A DNA stretch of 64,000 nt from Eledone cirrhosa. Taxonomy: Eukaryota. Positions 55,205 through 64,000 of the stretch are shown here, one piece after another (within the stretch, counting starts at the first letter, position 1; every line of letters starts with the position of its first letter). The notes under the pieces were generated by a model. It was not told where the DNA came from. It saw nothing but the letters and a program-made list of their open reading frames with translations, and did not search any database. The stretch spans positions 39,370,001 through 39,434,000 of the forward strand of contig OZ024743.1 of the NCBI GenBank assembly GCA_964016885.1. The letters are read 5' to 3'. The position numbers and the translations under genes were made by a program.

Positions 55205-58200
55205 CATCTCTCAAGACCCCAAAGTAGAAACTGAGGGGAAAACCTTTGTATAAACAGACTCTCAACAATACCTAAAACTAATAAGGGTTTCGATAGAGAC
55301 CTATCAGATATTGAAAGAAAAGTTTTCACAGGACATTGGCAACCCCTGCCACAATACCAATAAACCGTGTCCTGTTGAACTGTTTCCCCACCCCACTCAA
55401 CACCCCCACCAGAACTGAAATGGAGACTGAACAACCCGATCTCCAGGAAACGAAAAGGTAAGTGCACCTTTTCGTCCTTTTTGCCAACTCTTCTCCACCA
55501 ACATGGCTGACTTACGAGTTGGAAGCGTGAATGTGCGTGTCTCAGGGATGCCCTGGAAACAGGGCCAACTATTAAACGACCTTAGGTCACACGGTATAGA
55601 TGTAATAGCTATCACCGAGACCTGGAGCCACAACAGGTAGCAACTAACCCCCATCTTCAATGACATTGAGATCTATGCATCTCTCTGTCAGCTCGGAGGT
55701 GGAGGGGAATGACTGTCATATTTCGGAAAAACTTGGATCTCGAAGTACAGCAAGTACACTTGGACCCGGAGGGTCGACTGGTACTCCTAGATGTGAAGAG
55801 TATTGGAGGTGGAGCCTTCAGACTGGTGGTCGTTTATGCCCCGACCGGGCAATCACAATCGCGGCCAGACTTCTTTAAGCGTCAAGAATCTTTTCTGGGA
55901 ACGTCTCGCTCCTTACTTTTAGTGGGGGGCTGGAATGGTATCCTAGATGCACGATGGGACTATTGTGGAACATGTCACAGTAGAGTGGGATGCAACAGAC
56001 TCAAAAGTCTAATCGGCCAATTCCAACTGGCCGATATATATCGACTAGATCTCCCGACTGCAACACAGTGGACGTGGGCAAACCGCAGCGGGACATCTAG
56101 ATCGAATCTAGATAGTTTTTTCTATTAGAGAAAAGGAGAAGAAGATGTTAAGCTGTCAACAAATGCACATGGTTGCCTATTCAGATCACAAACTAAACGT
56201 CTGCATAGTCAACTGTGATAGAATACATAAACAAGGACCCGGATACTGGAAGCTGAACGTGTTGTTGGCAGTACGAAAAGTCTACAGTGAACGGATAAGT
56301 AGATTAGTTAAGCGAGAGTTGACGGGAGCCATCGTCAACAATAGATGGTGGTACTCTCTCAAGAAAGCAATTAGAGTAGAATCAATAGGGTTTAGCAGAG
56401 AATTAGCTTTAGAGAAAAACAAATCAGAAACAGAGCTAGTAGCTAATGTAGAAGAGGCGCTTTGGAGTTGCAACGCAGCTAGAGTGCTAGCATCGACAAC
56501 AGCCCTGGACCAGTTCTTCGACGCGAAACACGAGGGCTGTGTGGTCAGAAGTAAATCAAGTGCTCTAGGAAACGAGAGACCAAAAGCTGTTAGCTGGGCC
56601 CAAGTGGCGGAAGCGAAAATAGGTAACAATCCACGATTCCGTCTTTGAAAGACCAAAACGGACGCTTGCTACTTGAGCCCAGGCAGATGTGCGCAGCCTT
56701 TCAGCGGCAGTTTGCGCGACTGTTTGAGCAGAATGATGGTGCACCGAACGGGGCAATGGACTTTAGTTCATACCTCGACGGCCTGCCGCGTCTCTCGAGC
56801 AGAGACGCCGAGTTCTGCGCAAGACTGATCACAGCCACTGAGATACGGGACGCTCTAGACAGCTGCGGGAAACGCAAATCACCCGGTCTAGATGGTCTGC
56901 CCTATGAGTTTTACATAGGCATGCCGGACTTGTTCTCTGGCGTCCTCGAAGCCGTCTAGTGGAATTGGCAGCAGGACGGGACAATTCCCAGTTCTGCAGG
57001 CAAGGGCGTATTAACCTTGATCAGGAAAGACGAGAACAATGGTGACGAAATAAACAATTTCAGGCCCATGATTCTGCTCAACACAGAGTTACAGATTTTG
57101 GCCAAGGTGCTTGCAACGAGGCTGGCGCTTGTCGTCGAAACCTGGTAGGGAAAGCTCAAATGTGTGCAATCACGACCAGGTCCATACACGACAACCTCCA
57201 CCTCATGCGATACATCATAGAGAGGATGGGGTGTAAACCCCGCTTCGGTGGGGCTCTGAATACTTTAGATCGGTCTAAGGCTTTCGATAGGGTCGACCAT
57301 CGATACTTGGAAGCGGTTCTCAAGGCGGCCGATTTCTGTCCCGTTTTCAGAGGCTGGATCAAGGGGATGCACACCAGCATCTGCTCGAAGATCAAACTGA
57401 ACGGCTACCTATCGGAGCCGTTCGCAATCACGCGTTCCATTCGACAGGGATCCACCTCTCCTCCAGTCTGTAGGTATTGACTCTAGAGCCACTACTGCGG
57501 AAGTTGGAGTTTTCGCAAGGCATCCCTTTAGAACCGAGACTGCGCAAAGCGACATCGGCTTATGCCGACGATGGCACGGTAATGGGGTCGAAAACCTCGG
57601 AAATCGAGGTGATCGGCAACCTACTACAGGAATACGAATGGTTCACCGGAGCAAAGCTGAACCAGGACAAGTCTGTCGGTTTGCCAATCGGAATGTGGAG
57701 AGGCAAACCGATGCTGTCCGAGAGCGTCATCAGGCGCTGGACGGAAGGACCGGTGAAATTGCTCGGGGTCTGCTTCGGTCCAGACCTCCAGGTGGAGAAA
57801 AACTGGAAGGAGGTCATGGCCAAGGTATTTGCGCTCACCCTGAACTGGGCAGAGTGCAAACTGTCTTTGAATGGTCGAGCGGACGTGGCGAACACTTTTA
57901 TACCGTCCGTCATATACTACAGCTTGACTGTCGTGGCTTGTCCCCGTAAATACCTCACAAAGATGGAATGCTTGCTCTTCCAGTTCCTGTGGAAGAAGTA
58001 GGCTCCACTGGTGAGGAGATCCGTCTGCTGTCAACAACCTTCCTACGGAGGGCTTGGCAAACATGCGCAAACATGCGCTGAGGCTACGGCATCTCCAGGT
58101 ATTCCTCACCGACCAACCGATGTGGGCACCGTTTGAGAGACAGGCCTTCCCACAACTTGTCTCGGTGACGGAGCTGCAGTCCTGGGTCAAGCGAAGACCG

Positions 58201-58988
58201 ACGACGACGGGAACCCGGCACATTTAATGCGTCCAGGCGCTCTCAGTCCTCTCACAGGAATCAGTGGAGACTCCACTTCGACATTCTATAGAGGGTTAGT
58301 ACTTTACAAGAGCGACAACGTGTTCGGGGAGACTCTAGGCGTCGAAGACGATGATCTCACCAGTCTGTTCGGCATGACTTTCCGCCCGGGACCTATGGTC
58401 AACTTCCAGAGGTGCCTGGTCTGGCAGTGCTAACGAGGAGTTCTACCCGTTCGAGATAATATCTACAGGCGCGGACGCTACGGCAACCACCAGCCTCTTT
58501 CAAAAACGAAAGAGAGGTGGTTTTTCCTCTATAGAGTGGCTATGGTGAACGAGGTTATATGCTGGACGAGATTGAGAGGACTGAGGACAGATGCCTTTTT
58601 CTCTGGACAACAATTGAATCCCTTCTTTAAGTATCACTTTAGAACGAGAATCAGAGTGGAGATAGAGGCACTGCACCCTAGTAAATTTACTGAAAGGTGG
58701 GTGAATGAATCGAAAATGACCCGAGTGATTGGGCCTTCTCTGTTTATACGCCTGTAGGTTAAAGAAGAAGGCTAAGGAAGAAGGGAGAATGTGAACAACA
58801 CGCTCCTGAAGTTGAGAGTTGTTCTATCGACGCGGTATTAAACAAGCCATTTGTGCCGCTTCCCCCCTGTTCGGGATTTCGATTGTTAAAATTGTTTGTT
58901 TTATATTTTTTACACGACTGTATGTAATATCCCCGGCATGTGTCTTTGTATTGTCCCCTTTTCTTGTGCACCCTTGTGGCAAACATAG
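55205..58988 (+). mobile_element. L1/Tx1-like non-LTR retrotransposon A, 5'-truncated in ORF1
   Basis: ORF1 tail, disrupted ORF2 and 3'UTR; (TCTA)n on both sides. Confidence 0.9.
55503..58757 (+). pseudogene. ORF2 (APE endonuclease plus RT), frameshifted, zinc finger largely deleted
   Basis: MADLRVGSVNVR, VIAITET, VYAP, SDH, GPGYWKLN, KSPGLDGLPYEFY, KAFDRVDH, IRQG, AYADD. Confidence 0.92.
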
Positions 58989-58990
58989 AA

Positions 58991-59077
<87 letters not shown>
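58991..59077. repeat. (TCTA)n array between the two Tx1-like elements
   Basis: Perfect tetranucleotide array; a second one lies at ~55110-55172. Confidence 0.97.
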
Positions 59078-59079
<2 letters not shown>

Positions 59080-59296
59080 CTCGGATTCTGTCTAACACGT
59101 GTAAAACGCGCTGGTGAGTAAATGTTTTAATTCCATTGCAAATTGCATGAACTGAATCTACATTCTTACACCATTTTGTAGATAAGCTGCCACCCTACAC
59201 TTTGTAGGTGGTAGCAACCCCAAATAATAATCCCATCAGGGCGAAAAACGGAGAAAATCCACAAAATATCTACCGGAATTTTGAATATAGCCAAAA

Positions 59297-60995
59297 TGGC
59301 CAAATTCTTTGACCTCATCTTCACAAAAAACACATCAGAGAATTGTGGAGATGGGCTGTTAATATAACCTTCCACAGTACTAGTAGCAGGTGAAGGCGGT
59401 CTGCCTGCTGCTATCACCAACAACAACAGCAGTAACAACAACTGCAACAAAATCAACAACAACATCAAATCTGTCAGCCAGCATTTAGACAGAGATGGCG
59501 GAGGGACGGAAAAACTGTCAAGCCAAGAAGCAGCTCGCACCGCCTCATTGAAACACTTCGATATGTTTAAAACACACCCTGACAACAACACCAGCACCAC
59601 CAACACGAAAACTGTGAATGGCACAAACCAAATCAACGCCATCAACAACAACAGTGACAACGAGAACAAGAAGAACAACAACGACAACAAAACCACAAAC
59701 AACAATAACAACAACAACACCAACAACGGAAAAATCGAAAACAACTTCAACAATAAAAACAATAATAACAGCAACAAGACCAATAACTGCAACAAGGAAG
59801 TAAACGAAAGAATTATCATTTGCGCAAACCGTAAAGAAAACGGTACGCTAAACTCTGGTAGATATTTCAAATGCAAATGAGCTTTTGAATAACGCCAAAC
59901 AATATGTAACTTTTGGAGAGAACGGATAATTCTTCATAAACTCTCTCCCAGATTTGTGAAGAGAAGCTGCCTTGAAAACTGTGATTTTCAGGACAATCTC
60001 AAATAAAACACGAAAACCGACTCAGCTTTCACAAGACGAAATTGAGTTGGCTTTAAAAAATGCCTTAAAAGACATTGCTTTTATTCAGAAGGGTAGACTC
60101 TACGGGAGTTTATCCATTCTAATGAAAGACCAATTGACGGCACATAAATATTCTGTGTCGCCAATTGTGTCACCGCTGTTCATCTTTTTCCCCACTTACA
60201 TGGGGAAAAGGACCCAGAAAATAAAAATAAAAAGTATCATACCAAATATTGACATTTGGTGGGTACTATGTGGATTTTTAAACCACGAAACAGACTATGT
60301 AATATCGGTAGGTAAATCCTCCAGCGACCTGTTCAGCGGAACTAGCCTGAAAGTTCTGGTCCAAATGACACCAGAACGAATAGCTAGAATTCTGGAACGT
60401 GTGTTGCTGGATGGGCTTATATACATAAACATTTCGGTCGAGGGTAGGCGTCCTTCATGTTACCACTGCTCAAGCAGGGGTCACCTGAGAGCTTCTTGTC
60501 CTCGGCTAACTAGCCCCAAAAAAGGCACTACTGCCAATAGCTGCAACACCAGCACAACAATCACCACCACCACAACAACAACATAAAAAAATAGTGACAA
60601 CATAACAAACGACAAACACCGTCCCACCCAGCCCCTCCCCACCTAAAACAACTCCAGAAACACCCACACACATAATAGCTCCCCCAAAACGTACCCCTCC
60701 CCAACAACACGGATGAGGTCTCATCATCGTCACCCAGTGACGATGAGGGGGAGCCTTTCCGACCAGTAAAAAGGAAAAAGAAAAGACATAACACAAACAA
60801 AAATGCAACAAAAAGCAACCCAACACAACAAAAATGTTACACCTACATAAATACTAACAATAAAACTTTAACATACACCATATATAAAAACCCTTCGGTG
60901 GATACCGAAGGGAAAACTTTTACACACTCTTCGGAGAATCCTAATCTTAAAATGATTAGGACCTCCATGGACACACATCAACAGTTAAAAGAAAA
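59297..60995 (+). pseudogene. ORF1 with Asn-rich region and CCHC zinc knuckle
   Basis: VEGRRPSCYHCSSRGHLRASCP; AAC-rich N-terminal region; stops and frameshifts. Confidence 0.78.
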
Positions 60996-61009
60996 AATCC
61001 TATGCACGT

Positions 61010-63963
61010 TGGGACTATGTGGGAGCATGTCCCGATAGAGGGGTGTGTAACAGCCTCAAACAGTTAATCGGCCGATTTGATCTGGCCGATAGATATCGAC
61101 TAGATTTTCCGACTGCCACTGTGGACGTGGACTAATCAAAGCGGAACATCTAAATCGTACCAAGATAGAGTTCTAGTTAGAAAGAAGGATAGGGACGTGT
61201 TAAGCTGTCCACAAATCTCCATGGTTGCCTATTCAAATCACAAATTAGTGACCTGCTTAGTCAACCTTGATAAAACCCATAGACAGTGACCAGCTACTGG
61301 AAGCTGAACTTGTCGTTACCGAAATGCAAAGCCTACAGTAGACGGATTATCACTTTAGTTAAGCAGCACTTGACGGGGGCCATTGTCAACAACAGATGGT
61401 GGTACTCTCTCAAGAGGGAAGTTAGATTAGACACGATAGGTTTTAGTAAATAATTAGTGTTAGATAGAAATAAGAGCGAAAAGGAACTGGTAGATAAAGT
61501 AGAAGAGGCACTTTGGAGTGGCAACGTAGCCAGCGTGCTAGCGACGAGAACGGCCTTGGACCAGTTCTTCGACGCAAAGCATGAAAGTTGCGTTGTCAGA
61601 AGAAAAATACGTGCTCTGGGACACGAGGGAGTCAAACCTGTTAGCTGGGCCCGAGTGACGGAGGCGAAAAGTGGAAACAAGTCCACGATTCGGTCTTCTT
61701 TGAAGGACCAAGACGGACGCGTGATACGTGAGACGAAGGAAATGTGCGCGGCCTTTCAGCGGGACTCTGCTCAACTCTTCGGGCAGAGCAGCGCGCCGGG
61801 AGGGGCTATGGATTTCGGTTCATACCTCGATGGCCTACCGCGACTCTCGGACAGCGAGGTGAAGTTCTGCGAAAGGCCGATTTCGGCCGCTGAGATAGGG
61901 GACGCGCTGAGTCAATGTGGCAAACGCAAATCTCCAGGTCTCGACGGTCTACCTTACGAATTTTACGTAGCGAATGCCGGACTTGTTCTCCGGTCTCCTG
62001 GAAGCGGTCTAATGCAACTGGCATCAGAATGGGAGAATTCCCAGTTCTGTGACCAAGGGCGTAATCACGTTAGTCAGGAAAGACGATAACAAGGGGGATG
62101 ACACGGGAAAATTCTGGCCCATAACTCTGCTCAACACAGAGTTACAGATTTTGGCCAAGGTGTTGGCAAAGAGGCTGGCGCTTGTCGTCGAAAACCTGGT
62201 GGGAGAAGCGCAGACATGCGCAATCCCGACCAGGTCCATACACGACAACCTCCACCCCATGCGATATATCATAGAGAGGGTTGGGTGTAAACCCGGCTTC
62301 GGTGGGGCCCTGATCAACTTGGATCAGTCTAAGGCTTTCGATAGCGTTGACCATCTTTACCTGGATGCGGTGCTCGAGGCGGCAGGCTTCGGTCCCGTGT
62401 TCAGGGGCTGGATTGCTGCAATGCACAACAGCAACAACTGCTCAAGGGTCAAGGTGAACGGCTACCTCTCGGGGCCGCTCCATATCAAGCGATCCATCCG
62501 ACGGGGATGCCCTCTCTCCTCCCTTCTGTTCGTACTGACTCTCGAGCCACTACTGCGAAAGTTGGATCTATTACAGGGCATCCATTTGGAACCGGGTCTG
62601 GGAAAAGCGTGACAGTAATGGTGTCGAGCACCTCGCAAATCGGGGAGATCGGCACCTTACTGGAGGAATACGAAAGGTTCACAGGAGCGTAGCTGAACCG
62701 GGACAATCGGTTTGCAACTCGGAACGTGGAGATGCAACCCGATGCCTTCCGATGACGTCGTTGGGCGTTGGAAGGAAGGACCAGTAAAGCTGCTCGGGGT
62801 CTGGTTTGGTCCTGACCTCCAGGTGGAGAATAACTGGAACGAGGTGACGGCCTAGGTGTTTGCGCTCACCCAGAAGTGGGCCGAGTGCAAACTAACCTTG
62901 AAAGGTCGAGCGGAGGTGGCGAACACTTGTATAGCATCCGTCATCTACTACCGCTTGACGGTTGTGCATGTCCAGCCAAAACGCTCCCCAAATTGGAGCG
63001 CGCGCTCTTCCAATTCCTTTGGAAGAAGCGGGCTCCTTTGGTTAGAATATCCATCTGCTGCCAACACCCTTCAAACCGAGGGCTGGCGATGCCGTGGCTG
63101 ACGATATGAAAACACGCGCTCAGGCTGCGGCACATCCACGTATTCCTCACCAGACAACCGGTGTGGGCCCCGTTCGTGAGGCGAGCCTTCCCACGACTCG
63201 TCTCGCTGACTAGCTGTAGACCTGGGTCAAGCAAAGACCGAGGAAAATGGGCGACTGGCATATCGAATGTGCTCAGGCGCTCACATTCCTCTGACAAACG
63301 GACCCGGCGATCAGTGGAGGCTCCACTTCGACATTCTATAGAGGGTTGGTCCGCAGCAAGTGCGACGACACGCTCGGAGAAACTCTAGGCGTAGAGGAGG
63401 ACGAACTGGCCAGTCTGTTCGGTAGGACCTTCCGCCCGGGACCAATGGACAACTTCCAAAAGTCCCTGGCCTGGCAATGCTACCGAGGAACTCTACCAGT
63501 TCGAGACAAGCTCTACAGACACGGGCGCCCGGGTAGGGACCCTTCCAAAAAGATCTGTCCAAGATGCGTGCGCGACGAGGAAACCGTCGCACACGCATTT
63601 GTACATCGCCCGGGCATTACCGACCTGTGGGGCTATGTAGAACGACTATTGTCGCGGGTGGGACCAATCCAGTTGACCACCGCGTCCATTGTCATGATCA
63701 AACCGCCACCCTCCTTCAAAAACGAGGGAGAGGCGGTTTTCCTATGTGTTATGGCTATGGTGAAAGAGGTTGTATGGTGGACGAAGTCAGACACCTTCCT
63801 CTCCGGCGTGCAACTGATTCGTTTTTCCAAATATCATTTTGGAAGAAGAATCAGGATGGAGAGACAGGTGCTGTACCCCAGCAAATTTTATAAAAAGGTG
63901 GGTGTATGTGGCAAAGATGACCCGAGTGGTTGGGCATTCTCTCTATATAAGCCTGTAGGTTGA
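61010..63963 (+). pseudogene. ORF2 remnant (partial APE, RT, C-terminal zinc finger)
   Basis: KSPGLDGLPYEFY, WPITLLN, INLDQSKAFD, RRGCPLS, CPRCVRDEETVAHAF; the YADD codons are deleted relative to element A. Confidence 0.9.
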
Positions 63964-64000
63964 GGAAAAAGAGGGAGAGAGGAAGGGAGTACTCACTCTT

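Larger units (their letters stand above)
59078..64000 (+). mobile_element. L1/Tx1-like non-LTR retrotransposon B, apparently complete at 5', with internal deletion
   Basis: 5'UTR, disrupted ORF1 and ORF2 from mid-endonuclease to C-terminus; runs off the window. Confidence 0.9.

Noticed and set aside
56282-63830. Antisense and alternative-frame ORFs over the Tx1-like elements, including the 236-aa Leu-rich ORF at 59166-59876
   Set aside because: Shadow frames of GC-rich ORF2 and of AAC repeats; no independent motifs.

Overview
AT-rich eukaryotic DNA full of (TA)n/(TG)n/(TCTA)n microsatellites and made almost entirely of transposon remnants. The SINE family and repeat landscape suggest an octopus-like cephalopod (inference). 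No host protein-coding gene could be identified; there is one candidate minus-strand exon. The window holds: at least five copies of a Penelope-like element (PLE family A, RT plus C-terminal GIY-YIG), a second PLE family (B), several PLE-type pseudo-LTR (pLTR) fold-backs, two tandem L1/Tx1-like LINEs in (TCTA)n, R4/Dong-like and RTE LINE fragments, two bipartite RTE-derived elements, tRNA-derived SINEs with TSDs, a Helitron remnant with 23-aa repeats, a mariner fragment and MITEs. Reading by eye gave type I hammerhead ribozyme motifs from about seven pLTR families. The most unusual feature is two diverged tandem ~220-250 nt GC-rich units (43705-44282) that keep the same long rod-like fold through compensatory changes and lie upstream of a hammerhead. 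This is a candidate undescribed structured RNA. All structures were folded by eye, not computed; family assignments are from recalled motifs and boundaries are approximate.
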